IMG/VR virus record: IMGVR_UViG_3300032116_000108
Span: 1 to 64,000 of that record
Reading direction: 5' to 3' (one strand)
Length of the DNA stretch: 64,000 nucleotides
DNA from: a virus
The stretch's first letter is position 1. Each line of letters starts with the position of its first letter. Below the pieces are notes generated by a model, which saw nothing but the letters and a program-made list of their open reading frames with translations, did no database searches and was not told where the DNA came from. The translations under genes and the position numbers were made by a program. Shown piece after piece: positions 1 to 9,732 of this stretch.

Positions 1-587
1 TTTGCCGCTTCAGGATTTTTGTATTTTAACTTTGATCTTGGGTTCCATGACCTTGACACAAAAAAGTTTAGGTCCCCTTTTTTATTAAATGACGGAACAA
101 TAATACGACCAGCATACTCACCTTCAACACAAAGACCAATATTATACTTATCTATTGTTTCTTGAGTTATACCTCTTTTTTTAAGGTAATTAAACGCCTC
201 TTTTCTTGGTACGTGTAATGGGTGTATTTCCTCAAACTTTTTATACTCTTTTGGTAATTCTAACTCTTTATATACTTTTTGTTTTTTTTCTACCTTATCC
301 GGTCTGATGAGGTTATAGGTTTTTTTGTCTTTTTTGGACCCAAATTGTTCAATTAATCTACCTAAATGTCCATGTGTATCGTGGGTTTCAGAACACGCCC
401 AACATTTATAGACGTGGTTAATATAATTTATTTCTAAATTTCCCTTACCGTCAGTTTTTGATAAACCTTTTATCTCATAGGAACAAACTGGACAGTCAAC
501 AGATATTTGACCACTATATTCATTTACGTTTTTCGGTTCACCAAAAATATTCTCGATAAGGTCAACTAATAGTGACTCTTCTTTCAT
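1..587 (-). CDS. DNA primase (DnaG/T4 gp61-like), N-terminal part; runs off the window edge
   Basis: Not in the ORF track. Translated by hand from the ATG at 587: MKEESLLVDLIENIFGEP...VDCPVC...VYKCWACSE (Zn finger) ...YLKKRGI...YNIG...GRIIVPSFN...FFVSRS...KYKNPEAA, which is typical of primases. Confidence 0.85.
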   Translation of the reverse strand, partial: MKEESLLVDLIENIFGEPKNVNEYSGQISVDCPVCSYEIKGLSKTDGKGNLEINYINHVYKCWACSETHDTHGHLGRLIEQFGSKKDKKTYNLIRPDKVEKKQKVYKELELPKEYKKFEEIHPLHVPRKEAFNYLKKRGITQETIDKYNIGLCVEGEYAGRIIVPSFNKKGDLNFFVSRSWNPRSKLKYKNPEAA

Positions 588-593
588 AAATAA

Positions 594-621
594 AAGATAA
601 GAAATAAGGATGAATAGTCAA
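594..621 (-). promoter_or_regulatory. sigma70-like promoter TTGACT-N16-TATCTT, predicted leaderless start at the primase ATG
   Basis: -35 at 616-621, -10 at 594-599, and 6 nt between the -10 box and the ATG at 587. Confidence 0.55.
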
Positions 622-1224
622 TTACCAGATGTTTTCTTGTTTCATATAACCTAAAACACACGTATAAGAATCGGCCATATCATAACACTCCTTTTTTAAT
701 GTGTTATTTTTTGTGTATAACCATGTGATTTGCGGTTCTTTGTCAGATACTCTTTTCCAAATTAATTCTTTTTTATCAACATCTTTTGGTAACCCTCCAA
801 ATAAAACGTATTTTCCTTTATCGTTTTGTTGGGTTAAATCAGGCCAAGCGAACTTTCTTGAGTTATATGTTGAAATATAAGATGGGACAATACCTAAAAT
901 ATCATAAATTGATTTTGTAATCATTGAGTTATATCTTAAAAGTGTTCCTACAGTCCAAACATTGTTAGAGTTTAATAGTGGTTCTTCAATAACAACGCTA
1001 GTAATACCTAAATTTTGGTATCCAGCTAATTTATCTTCAAACGCTTTAACTTTTAACAAAAGTTCTTGGATTTTATCATCAACTTTTGGTTTAATTACGG
1101 GTGAAAAGTGTGTTAGTTCTAATAACTCTTGTGATTTGATGTCAAATAAACTCCAACCTATAGTTTTAGTGGATATGTCTAACCCCAAAACTTTTGGTGA
1201 GTTTTTTAAATCTGTTTTTGCCAT
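622..1224 (-). CDS. RuvC-like Holliday junction resolvase (RNase H fold)
   Basis: LGLDISTKTIGW, VVIEEP and DMADSY match the RuvC acidic catalytic motifs. Confidence 0.8.
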   Translation of the reverse strand: MAKTDLKNSPKVLGLDISTKTIGWSLFDIKSQELLELTHFSPVIKPKVDDKIQELLLKVKAFEDKLAGYQNLGITSVVIEEPLLNSNNVWTVGTLLRYNSMITKSIYDILGIVPSYISTYNSRKFAWPDLTQQNDKGKYVLFGGLPKDVDKKELIWKRVSDKEPQITWLYTKNNTLKKECYDMADSYTCVLGYMKQENIW

Positions 1225-1230
1225 AAAATT

Positions 1231-3423
1231 TTAAAAATCTAGTTTAACCGGATACTGTTGGATCCCTTGTCTTTTTTGTGGGGATTGTATCTTAGAAACA
1301 ACCATAAGTTCTTTTTCGGCATTGTAAAGTCCAACCTCTGTTATGTATGGTGGTGTTACATTATCCCATGTTGGGTTTGTTGATTTTAAAAACTGTGTTT
1401 GACCTAAATTACATAGGAAATTCATGACATATATGGTTGCGGTAATATCTGTTTGAATGTTACCAAAAAAGTAATACTCTCCTCCGAAATTCATGGTCAA
1501 ACCTGTTTGATTTACAACAGGAAGATTAATATAATCACTTAAATCATAAGAAATACCATTATCATACATATCTTTTGTGATTTGTATGGTTGTGCCCGTT
1601 AAACCACTAAGAGTTATAAAACCATTTGTTGTTTTAGCAGATAATTGTTCCATAACATCTATTTCAACCCAAGAAGTACTTAACGGTCTTGTTTGTCCTG
1701 AAGCCACTTTTTGAGCAATAACTTTCATTTCATTTGCCGTAAAACCTGTAGGTATTGTATTATTATTAGATATCAAAAACGGAAACTCGTTTCCAAATTT
1801 TAAAAATACATTATAAGTTGTTTGTGATGGATCGATAAGTGTTGGTGTTACTTGAGTATAATAATTGCAATGTAATGAGTTTGTAAATGCTGAGTTGTTA
1901 AACCTATAAGTTACAAATAAACTTTCTGTATTTGCACTTATTAACCCTTCGTCTTGACCTAATATACCATCACAAGCGTTAGGAATAATTGTCCCTACTT
2001 TTGGTGCGGGTAAAGTCCAAGATCTGTTTGATTTATTATTTAATGTTGCAACAATTTCTTCATCATCAAAAACAATCATTTTTAAATCAGGAAATACTTT
2101 ACCCACTCTATTAGGGTATCCATCAACATTTGCATGGGTATCCCATAAGTGATAGTATCTTATACCTGGTTTGTTAAAATCAGCACTTTTTAATGATTTA
2201 ATATAATAAGGGGTTAATAAATTAAGAGAAGAAAACCCATCAGGATCGGTATAAAAGTCTTCACCTATTGTTCCGTTTGGGTTTTTATGCCACATCAACC
2301 ATGGTATTGATATTTTTAAATTTCTTGCTTGTCCGGTATTTCCTGAATTTGCAACATCAAAAGGTTCTTGCGCAAATTTTTCTCCATAAAAATTATCTAT
2401 TGATTGGTTTGTGTAATGTACAATCGCAATTGCTTTTTGTTCTGAGGGTTTTACTGTTATTTTTTCGCCTAATGAATTATAAAAAAATGTACTACTTGTA
2501 TCTTTTTGGCCCGCATTTGTGTTATAACCTAAATATTCTTTTGTACCAACATAACCTGATGATTCATAATTTAAATAACCTTGTACTGTTGTTGGAAAAA
2601 CTCCCGCAGGGTTTTCTGTCCAAGGAATATTCATGTTCCAAACTTTTACATCTGTTTGTGAGACATCACAATTTGTTTCAAAATTAAATACGTTTGTTGC
2701 CCAATATGGTTCTGGAGTAATAGAATCATATAAATCGGTCATTCCTGAAGGATAAAATACAACTCTACTCTGACCTGAATAACTCATATTTAAAAAATCA
2801 GGTAATTGTCTATCCAATTCTATTGTAACTGTGGTTGCTGATGATGTGTCACCAGTAATATTAATTACTTTATAAGTGAATATAGAAGAATTACCACTCA
2901 AAGGGGTTACTGAGTTTGTACTAAATAAAGTTACAAACATACCAGGGGTTACAACTCCGGATACGGATACATTAATAGTATTTGCCGATATTGTGATTAC
3001 AGTTCCTGAAGATAGGTCACTATTTAAAATAACAAAATTTGGATTTACAGTATATGCCGAACTAGTGTATAGTGTGGATCCTGTAAAAAACCCTCTTGGC
3101 GCCGCAGAATTAAATATGTCATCAACAAAAGACGCATCATATGGTATACCGTATGTTGATCCTGAATTCGCATCAACAAAAATTGGGTATTTTATGTTCA
3201 TTTTGTTAAATTCAGGAACAGGTGTAAGATTTTGTGAATTGTATTGTGGTCTTAAAACATTAAATGAGTTTATTACATTTTCACCATTAAAATTATAACA
3301 AACCTCACTATCACCTACTTGAAAATAAGATACATTAAAATTACCCTGAGATAGTCTTCTTCTTCCCGCATCAGTAAGAATTGTGTTAATTAAACCATCT
3401 GTTGTTTTATTTATATAAGACAT
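1231..3423 (-). CDS. virion structural protein (baseplate/fibre-attachment type)
   Basis: N-terminal LTDAGRRRL..G and C-terminal ITEVGLYN...VSK...KLDF are typical of baseplate/tail-fibre anchor proteins; preceded by the late-type motif. Confidence 0.6.
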   Translation of the reverse strand: MSYINKTTDGLINTILTDAGRRRLSQGNFNVSYFQVGDSEVCYNFNGENVINSFNVLRPQYNSQNLTPVPEFNKMNIKYPIFVDANSGSTYGIPYDASFVDDIFNSAAPRGFFTGSTLYTSSAYTVNPNFVILNSDLSSGTVITISANTINVSVSGVVTPGMFVTLFSTNSVTPLSGNSSIFTYKVINITGDTSSATTVTIELDRQLPDFLNMSYSGQSRVVFYPSGMTDLYDSITPEPYWATNVFNFETNCDVSQTDVKVWNMNIPWTENPAGVFPTTVQGYLNYESSGYVGTKEYLGYNTNAGQKDTSSTFFYNSLGEKITVKPSEQKAIAIVHYTNQSIDNFYGEKFAQEPFDVANSGNTGQARNLKISIPWLMWHKNPNGTIGEDFYTDPDGFSSLNLLTPYYIKSLKSADFNKPGIRYYHLWDTHANVDGYPNRVGKVFPDLKMIVFDDEEIVATLNNKSNRSWTLPAPKVGTIIPNACDGILGQDEGLISANTESLFVTYRFNNSAFTNSLHCNYYTQVTPTLIDPSQTTYNVFLKFGNEFPFLISNNNTIPTGFTANEMKVIAQKVASGQTRPLSTSWVEIDVMEQLSAKTTNGFITLSGLTGTTIQITKDMYDNGISYDLSDYINLPVVNQTGLTMNFGGEYYFFGNIQTDITATIYVMNFLCNLGQTQFLKSTNPTWDNVTPPYITEVGLYNAEKELMVVSKIQSPQKRQGIQQYPVKLDF

Positions 3424-3455
3424 ATGTTATAAATATCTATTTTATTTTTTTGTTA

Positions 3456-5108
3456 TTATCCTCCGATACCTCCACCACCGCTTGGTGCAACAGTTAATAG
3501 TCCTTCTTTATCTAATACATTTGTTATTGGGTTAGCAGGTATGTTTAAAGTTTCACAAACATTTTGATTAACTATAGTCGCATTAATCACCGAAAAACTA
3601 TCTCTAATAACTCCCTTTGTTGGACATACTGTAGAATTATTAGTTGTTATTTTTTTAAATATTTGACCTCCAACAGTACCCGGTCCTGTTATTTTTGCAG
3701 AATATGTTCTTGTTGTTGCGGTTACATTAAAATTAGTAAAATTAGTTGACCCAGCACAAAAAGTTGTTGTTGATGTATTAAAACTATTTGTAATTCCACT
3801 TGTTAAATATTGACCTCCTCCTGTTTGACCTGTTGTTGAAGAGTGTAATAATATTGGTGAACTTGTTGTATAAGTTCCTCCTGAAATATTTGTTGTGTGA
3901 ACAATATCAAACGTAATAGTTTTATTTGGCGGTAATGGTGGTTGAATACTAACTTGCCAATCAAATGTCGTTTGTTTATATGACGGAGCGTTGGTTATTG
4001 TTGGTGTTGATGGTATAAAATTTAATGTTATTTGATAATTTGCTACTGATGATTGTGCCGCAACATTAACAAGTTTACTTCCAATATTTCCAATAATGTC
4101 TTTAGCATAAACCGTATATGTGCCTGTATCTAAATTTAGAAAAAATGGTGATGTTTGATAATCTATAGGATTATTTGTTAATGAATATGTATATGGTGGT
4201 ATCCCTCCAATGACTGATGTTACCTGTATTAATCCATTATTAGAGTTTGCACAAGTAGCCGACGATTGTGAAGTATTTAATACAAGATTATCTTCGCAAA
4301 GTCCTTGAGTCACGTTTATTGTTCCACTTGCACCATTAAAATTCCATATACCTATCGGTGGGGACACGTTTGATTGTAAAACAGGTTGTCCTGCTAATGT
4401 CCATCCGGAAACCATCCATTGAAGTGATGTTGTGTTATAATAAATTGTTCTAGTTGTGCTTGTCCAAGAGGGATACCCATTTATGGTGTTAGCAGAATAA
4501 AATTGATATTGAGTATTAGTTGCCGTTATAACTGGTGGTAATGTTGGTGTTATTATATAAATTTTAGAGTTTAAACAAAGTGTTTCTGTATTTTCAATTT
4601 CAGGTGTAGTAGGAAAACATTCAGTACAATTATCAAAAGGCCCTGTTGTTGTTGTTGCGGTAAATTGATAATAAGTTTGTCCTGTATATAAAACTAATCC
4701 TTCGCTCACCCAACAACCTGTTTGAGACGCTAATGTCCATGTTTTTCCTGTCAATATTTGATTTTCTAAATCCGCAGTATAATACAAATGACTTTCAGGG
4801 TCATTGCAATCAAAAAATGATTCTATATAAAATGTTTCAAACCCGACCTCACAAGTTGTTGTTGCGGTAAAATCACCAAAATAGTCAGTAACAGTTGCAG
4901 TATATTCGCCAGGTGCTAAATTTGTTAGTGTTTGTAATTGTGAACCACCACCACCCCAAGATATGTAATAAGGTGGTGTACCACCACTTATAAATAATGT
5001 TATTGCACCATCAGTTGTAAATGGACTGTAAGCGTCTGTCACAATACACTCAACACCCAAAGGGTATAATGTTAAAATATCACAAGTATTTGCACTATAA
5101 TTTACCAT
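3456..5108 (-). CDS. SprB-repeat, Cys/Thr-rich fibre or adhesin protein
   Basis: DGAITLFISGGTPPYYISW...LTNLAPGEYTATVTD and GGIPPYTYSL...NLDTGTYTVYAKD are SprB-type repeats. Confidence 0.65.
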   Translation of the reverse strand: MVNYSANTCDILTLYPLGVECIVTDAYSPFTTDGAITLFISGGTPPYYISWGGGGSQLQTLTNLAPGEYTATVTDYFGDFTATTTCEVGFETFYIESFFDCNDPESHLYYTADLENQILTGKTWTLASQTGCWVSEGLVLYTGQTYYQFTATTTTGPFDNCTECFPTTPEIENTETLCLNSKIYIITPTLPPVITATNTQYQFYSANTINGYPSWTSTTRTIYYNTTSLQWMVSGWTLAGQPVLQSNVSPPIGIWNFNGASGTINVTQGLCEDNLVLNTSQSSATCANSNNGLIQVTSVIGGIPPYTYSLTNNPIDYQTSPFFLNLDTGTYTVYAKDIIGNIGSKLVNVAAQSSVANYQITLNFIPSTPTITNAPSYKQTTFDWQVSIQPPLPPNKTITFDIVHTTNISGGTYTTSSPILLHSSTTGQTGGGQYLTSGITNSFNTSTTTFCAGSTNFTNFNVTATTRTYSAKITGPGTVGGQIFKKITTNNSTVCPTKGVIRDSFSVINATIVNQNVCETLNIPANPITNVLDKEGLLTVAPSGGGGIGG

Positions 5109-5109
5109 A

Positions 5110-5511
5110 TTAGAAAGTGGTTCCTGTAACTATAAACCAACCATTATTAGTTTTATAGTAAAAATTATCATCATCCCAAGAAAAACTACCAGGATCCCCA
5201 ATTGGGTCTGTAGAACCTGATGGGGTAAAACTTGAAGACAAAGTCATAGTAGTTGCACTAAATCCATTATTTACTGTTATACCTGAATTGATATTCACCT
5301 CCGATTCAAAGTTTATAGGTGAACATCCGTGTATGTTTGTAACATAAAGATTAGGTACACAATTACCTGACCAAAATAATTGCCCTAATTCTGCTTTATA
5401 AGAAGAACCCGCAGCGTTTTGTGATGGATCACCAGTATATACAATATGTATAAGTGTTGTTGGCGTTATTGCTGATTGTTGAGCCAATATTTTATCTGTT
5501 AGTTTTGCCAT
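5110..5511 (-). CDS. short fibre protein; paralog of the N-terminus of 11539..13476
   Basis: Shares LTD..LAQ.SAITPTTLIHIV.TGD.SQN.AGSS.KAELGQL and LYVTNIHGCSPI with 11539..13476; C-terminal G..GSFSWDDDNFYYK fibre-like motif. Confidence 0.6.
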   Translation of the reverse strand: MAKLTDKILAQQSAITPTTLIHIVYTGDPSQNAAGSSYKAELGQLFWSGNCVPNLYVTNIHGCSPINFESEVNINSGITVNNGFSATTMTLSSSFTPSGSTDPIGDPGSFSWDDDNFYYKTNNGWFIVTGTTF

Positions 5512-5534
5512 GTCTTTATATAATATATATAAGT

Positions 5535-5819
5535 TTATTGAAATTCATATGGTGTATCGTCCATGAATGTAAAAATTTCATCGTCCATAAATTCTTTAAA
5601 AGAACTACTTGTAAAACAATACTCACATTCATTATTGTCAATTACTTTTATTGTGTATGATGGGCTTTCCTCAAAAAAAGAAGGTAGAGTAAAATCATAC
5701 GGTAATGTACTAGTTGTTCCGATATATAAACAAGTTGCCGTTGATGTGCAATTATCACAAACCCATATATCAAGTGGAAATGTACCTGTTGTTGAATTTA
5801 ATGTTACAATTTGTGCCAT
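5535..5819 (-). CDS. small Cys-containing adaptor-like protein, family member 1 of 3
   Basis: P.DI.VCD...C.YI...IKVIDNNEC and an acidic-aromatic tail FMDDEIFTFMDDTPYEFQ; paralog of 13498 and 13801. Confidence 0.55.
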   Translation of the reverse strand: MAQIVTLNSTTGTFPLDIWVCDNCTSTATCLYIGTTSTLPYDFTLPSFFEESPSYTIKVIDNNECEYCFTSSSFKEFMDDEIFTFMDDTPYEFQ

Positions 5820-5820
5820 A

Positions 5821-7437
5821 TTAACAATTTCCGTTTACGTTACAATATTCAGTTAATAGTCCTGTTGGGCTTACTTCAAATATTTTTGTACCATATTTTA
5901 TATATGTCACAAAAACAGGTGTTGTTAAATTTATATCTTCATACACATAAACACCACTAACTAATGATTGTCCGTCAGCATATATTGTTTGAGTTGTGCC
6001 TCCATTTGTAAGTTCACAAACAGGACAATTTAAGCTAAACTCACCTTTTACATTCCATGAAGTTACTGTTGGTGTTGGTGTTGGTGTTGGTAATAAACAT
6101 GATTCACATGATTTAAATACAGTGAAAGAAGTTCCTGTAAATACCTCTTGTTGTGACCATATAAATCCAGCAGGTGGTGTATAACCAACAAAGTTACCAA
6201 TATAGGTATAACAACTACCTGAAGAAGATTTTAAAACATCTCCAACATCCACAGTAGATCCTGGATATGTGTATTGAATGATCATACTGTTATTTGTACA
6301 AGATGTGAAAACAAATTGTGTCGATACAGGAAACGTTGGTGTTGGCGTTGGCGTCGGTGTTGGAGTTGGAGTCGGTGTTGGAGTCGGTGTTGGAGTAGGT
6401 GTCGGTGTTGGGGCAATACAAGACGTACATCCTGATATATAAATAGCTTGAACTGAATTTAAATAATTTGAAACGCTACCAAATATATCATTCTGGTATG
6501 TCACACATTTATAATTTCCATTAATAACCGCCAAAAATGTTGTTCCTGTTGTAACTCCTGATCCTGAAAAGGTTATTGGTCCTGTAACATAATAACTTAA
6601 ACCCGTATCACAGTCTACTAATTGTTTAACATTTGTACAATCAAATAAACCACTATCAACAACATACGTAACTGATGATAAAATTGGATACATAGTTGGT
6701 GTAGGTGTAGGTGTAGGTGTTGGTGGTGGTAAAGGTGATGGTGATCCTGATATTGAAATAGAAACCGTAAAACCTGAACATAGATTTGGCGTAGGGGTTG
6801 GGGTAGGTGTCGGAGTTGGCGTTGGTGTCGGGGTAGGCGTTGGTGTTGGTGTTGGTATTTCACATTCTAATAATATATCAAAATCCAACAATGAGCAAGG
6901 GTCTGAAGGTGTTGAACCTGAAGGGCAAAGTCCTGTATTTAGTATAGTTGAATCCAAATCGGGACACGTTTGTGTTGTTGGTTGTGATCCATAAAATAAG
7001 CAATTTCCAGTAAGTCCTGTTGATAAACACCATTTTGTGTTGTTATAAAACAAATACCCAGGATTCGTCCCTCCAGTCCAAAAAGGATAACCATTTTCAT
7101 GACCAGCAACATTATAATTACCTGTTATTGCGGTATATCCACTAAAATTAATCGATACACAAACTTCATTACTACAACAATCACCTGTGGCACATAAAGT
7201 ATCTGAACAGTCAGTTTGTAATGTGTATGTTCCATCTAAATTTGTAAAAGTTGTTGCAGTAAATCCAGAAGTAAATGCTGAAACTATGGTGTAGCACCCA
7301 TTTGGTACTACTGGATCACCAGAAAAATGATATGTTAATCCTGTAGTTGCGGTTCCACCCGTTGCAATCCATGCAACGTCATCTGTCACGTATTTGTAAG
7401 CACCATAACAACAACCTTGAAATCTTAAATCTGCCAT
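5821..7437 (-). CDS. Cys-rich structural protein with four Pro-Thr (mucin-like) tracts
   Basis: About 28 Cys in small modules separated by (PT)n linkers; late-type motif at 7454-7461. Confidence 0.65.
   Translation of the reverse strand: MADLRFQGCCYGAYKYVTDDVAWIATGGTATTGLTYHFSGDPVVPNGCYTIVSAFTSGFTATTFTNLDGTYTLQTDCSDTLCATGDCCSNEVCVSINFSGYTAITGNYNVAGHENGYPFWTGGTNPGYLFYNNTKWCLSTGLTGNCLFYGSQPTTQTCPDLDSTILNTGLCPSGSTPSDPCSLLDFDILLECEIPTPTPTPTPTPTPTPTPTPTPTPNLCSGFTVSISISGSPSPLPPPTPTPTPTPTMYPILSSVTYVVDSGLFDCTNVKQLVDCDTGLSYYVTGPITFSGSGVTTGTTFLAVINGNYKCVTYQNDIFGSVSNYLNSVQAIYISGCTSCIAPTPTPTPTPTPTPTPTPTPTPTPTPTFPVSTQFVFTSCTNNSMIIQYTYPGSTVDVGDVLKSSSGSCYTYIGNFVGYTPPAGFIWSQQEVFTGTSFTVFKSCESCLLPTPTPTPTVTSWNVKGEFSLNCPVCELTNGGTTQTIYADGQSLVSGVYVYEDINLTTPVFVTYIKYGTKIFEVSPTGLLTEYCNVNGNC
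6334..6856 (-). repeat. degenerate 6-bp tandem repeats encoding (PT)n tracts (about 6334-6412, 6694-6730, 6787-6856; a shorter one near 6064-6090)
   Basis: Plus-strand runs of GGTGTT/GGCGTT/GGAGTT/GGTGTA. Confidence 0.9.
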
Positions 7438-7475
7438 TTAAATTTTTATATTATATAAATAATCTAACTTTTGTT

Positions 7476-8273
7476 TTATAAATCTAAATTTATCTCTTCA
7501 GGTTTATAATTATAAAAATGTTTATATGCGTGTAAAAAGGCAACGGTTGGTTGTTCCTCCATAGGTACTGACCATCCTGTCTTATCCCACCAATTTCCTA
7601 TGTTTTTTGAATCGTATTGTGCCCAATCTTCCCAAACACCGCTGGTATACCCAAAGAATTGAAATAAAAATGATAGGGTGGCGTCACACCATTCTATAGG
7701 TCTAGAATCTAATTTATATATACTATCCCAAGGAACCTCATTTAATTTATTATATATTTCAATAAATTTTTCTCTATTAAAAATTGTACCTCCACAGGCA
7801 CCATAACTCTGTAAAGATCCTAAATGACTCCAATGATGTCTTGATTCATCTGTGACATTAAATTTATTTTTTAAATATTTGTATAACTCTTCAGTATATA
7901 AAGGCCCGTTTGCGCCTGAAATATCAAATTTTGGTGGTTTAGTGATTTCAAATCTACACCAAACATCATCTTCATAGTGTATAACCCATTCAACGTTTTT
8001 TAATGTTGTTGTACATGCGTCGTATACTCTTTTTAACCAATCTAGTTGTCCATTTTCTTTTACAAAAACTCTCCCTGATGTTGGGTTATTAATTCCTTGT
8101 TGTTCTAACCAAACATAATCACAATTAAATTTTTTTGCGACGGGTTCAAGTAATTTTGATCCGTCCTCAAATAATGCAACAGGAATATTAGGGTATATTT
8201 TTCTTAATTGTTCTAATGCCTTGTAACACGCCACTAATTTATGTCCTGACTGATAAAAAACTCCTATATTCAT
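7476..8273 (-). CDS. putative GT-A fold glycosyltransferase
   Basis: N-terminal Rossmann-like segment (LEQLRKIYPNIPVALFEDG), DxD-like WVIHYEDDVW, GGTIFNRE and a C-terminal His. Start moved to ATG 8273, which overlaps the upstream TGA (ATGA coupling). Confidence 0.65.
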   Translation of the reverse strand: MNIGVFYQSGHKLVACYKALEQLRKIYPNIPVALFEDGSKLLEPVAKKFNCDYVWLEQQGINNPTSGRVFVKENGQLDWLKRVYDACTTTLKNVEWVIHYEDDVWCRFEITKPPKFDISGANGPLYTEELYKYLKNKFNVTDESRHHWSHLGSLQSYGACGGTIFNREKFIEIYNKLNEVPWDSIYKLDSRPIEWCDATLSFLFQFFGYTSGVWEDWAQYDSKNIGNWWDKTGWSVPMEEQPTVAFLHAYKHFYNYKPEEINLDL

Positions 8274-9466
8274 AATAAAAAATCTTGTCTGTTTATCCAA
8301 TTATCCGTATTATCATAAACCCAATATACCCACTTATGTGGTTGGGAGAATGATTTGAAGTTTGCTATTATTTTTTCTTGGTAGTTAGTTATATCATTGC
8401 GGTAGATAACATTATTTTTGTCATCTTCAATACCAATATAAATAAATTTAAAGTTTTCGGTCATTGGGATTTCTAATTCCAAGTTATATTCTTTTTCTTC
8501 TTCTAAATACCACTCAGATGAATCATTAATTGGTGGATTAGTTCCTTTTAAAGTTTCTTGATGTAATTTTCTATTTTTAAAGTTTATTCCGGTATATTCT
8601 TCATATTCTTTATGTGTTCTAACACTTCCTAAACCATATACACCTAAATCTATATTATTATCTTCTTCTTGTAACATGTGTCGTAATCTTCGTTTGGATT
8701 CGTTATCCATCTCCCACCATTGTTTTTCAACAACACCATTATTTTTATTTTCTTGGTTAAAATCTGTCCAATGTTTTGTTCTACCTTCTCTTGTATATTC
8801 ATGCCACACAACTGTTTTATGAGGATGAAATAGATCATAACCTAAAGTATATGAACGAATTGATAAACTAATTTCATCTCCAGCAAAATAAATGTTTGGG
8901 TCATATTTGTATTCTTCACAATGTTTTCCTAGTGTAAAAAAGAAATGTCCACTAACAAATCTTGCAGGTATTGGTTTATCTAACATTTCCCAATTTGGTA
9001 TTCCGTTTGGTCTAAACATTATGGTTCCACTTTCTGTGAAATTTGTAGCAACCATTTTATATGGTTCAACATTTAATAACTCATTATCACTTGGTCTATA
9101 CATTCCAGCATATGATGTGATAATAGGTTTTTTTGAATCAACCATATTCATCATATTAATTAATTCTTCATCCCAATCTTGTAGAAATCTATGATGTGAA
9201 TCTAATTGGAGTGTATATTCTTCTCCTTTCCAAAGTTTTTGTATTTCTGAACGAGCCCAACATAAACCCTTACTTTCTGACCAATTGTATTCTAAAATTC
9301 TAAACCTATCATCGGTGTAAAATTCTTCTAAGGTTTCTGTTTCGTCTTTTTGCCAACATATACCAAAAGTTAAATTTTCAGGGTATTTCGCCTTATTAAT
9401 ACAATCTCTAATTGTTGGTAAAAGTTCTGGGTCTCTATATGATGCGATTTGAACAAATATTTTCAT
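8270..9466 (-). CDS. GT60-like polypeptide/hydroxyproline alpha-N-acetylglucosaminyltransferase (Pfam GlcNAc family)
   Basis: IFVQIASYRDPEL, GLCWARSEIQ, LQLDSHHRF..DWD, FVSGHFFF, YFAGDEISLSIR.YT.GYD and WHEY match the Skp1 GlcNAc-transferase family. Confidence 0.8.
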   Translation of the reverse strand: MKIFVQIASYRDPELLPTIRDCINKAKYPENLTFGICWQKDETETLEEFYTDDRFRILEYNWSESKGLCWARSEIQKLWKGEEYTLQLDSHHRFLQDWDEELINMMNMVDSKKPIITSYAGMYRPSDNELLNVEPYKMVATNFTESGTIMFRPNGIPNWEMLDKPIPARFVSGHFFFTLGKHCEEYKYDPNIYFAGDEISLSIRSYTLGYDLFHPHKTVVWHEYTREGRTKHWTDFNQENKNNGVVEKQWWEMDNESKRRLRHMLQEEDNNIDLGVYGLGSVRTHKEYEEYTGINFKNRKLHQETLKGTNPPINDSSEWYLEEEKEYNLELEIPMTENFKFIYIGIEDDKNNVIYRNDITNYQEKIIANFKSFSQPHKWVYWVYDNTDNWINRQDFLL

Positions 9467-9472
9467 ATAAGA

Positions 9473-9500
9473 ATGTTATGAAAATATAAAAATAAATGAA
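9473..9500 (-). promoter_or_regulatory. possible sigma70-like promoter TTCATT-N16-TAACAT, 6 nt before the GT60 ATG
   Basis: Same N16/N6 geometry as the primase promoter, but a weak -35 match in AT-rich DNA. Confidence 0.3.
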
Positions 9501-9502
9501 TA

Positions 9503-9730
9503 TTATTGTTTGTTATTTGTTCTTATTTCAGTAGTTCTCATACCATTTTCAAAAATGGTATACGTAATTTCATCTAAAGTGTATTCAAAATCAAATTTCA
9601 ATTCTTCTATTTTAGTGTAACATTCTTCAATAGTGTTTCCGTCAAAAATATAATTTTTAGTTAAAGTTATATCTGAAGTTTCAAACAAACTAAATATTTC
9701 TGTGTCATTATATATTAATCTCCAAACCAT
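9503..9730 (-). CDS. small acidic protein downstream of the LRR adhesin (possible fibre chaperone)
   Basis: Probable start MVWRLIYN at 9730, just after the LRR stop; function inferred from position only. Confidence 0.45.
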   Translation of the reverse strand: MVWRLIYNDTEIFSLFETSDITLTKNYIFDGNTIEECYTKIEELKFDFEYTLDEITYTIFENGMRTTEIRTNNKQ

Positions 9731-9732
9731 AG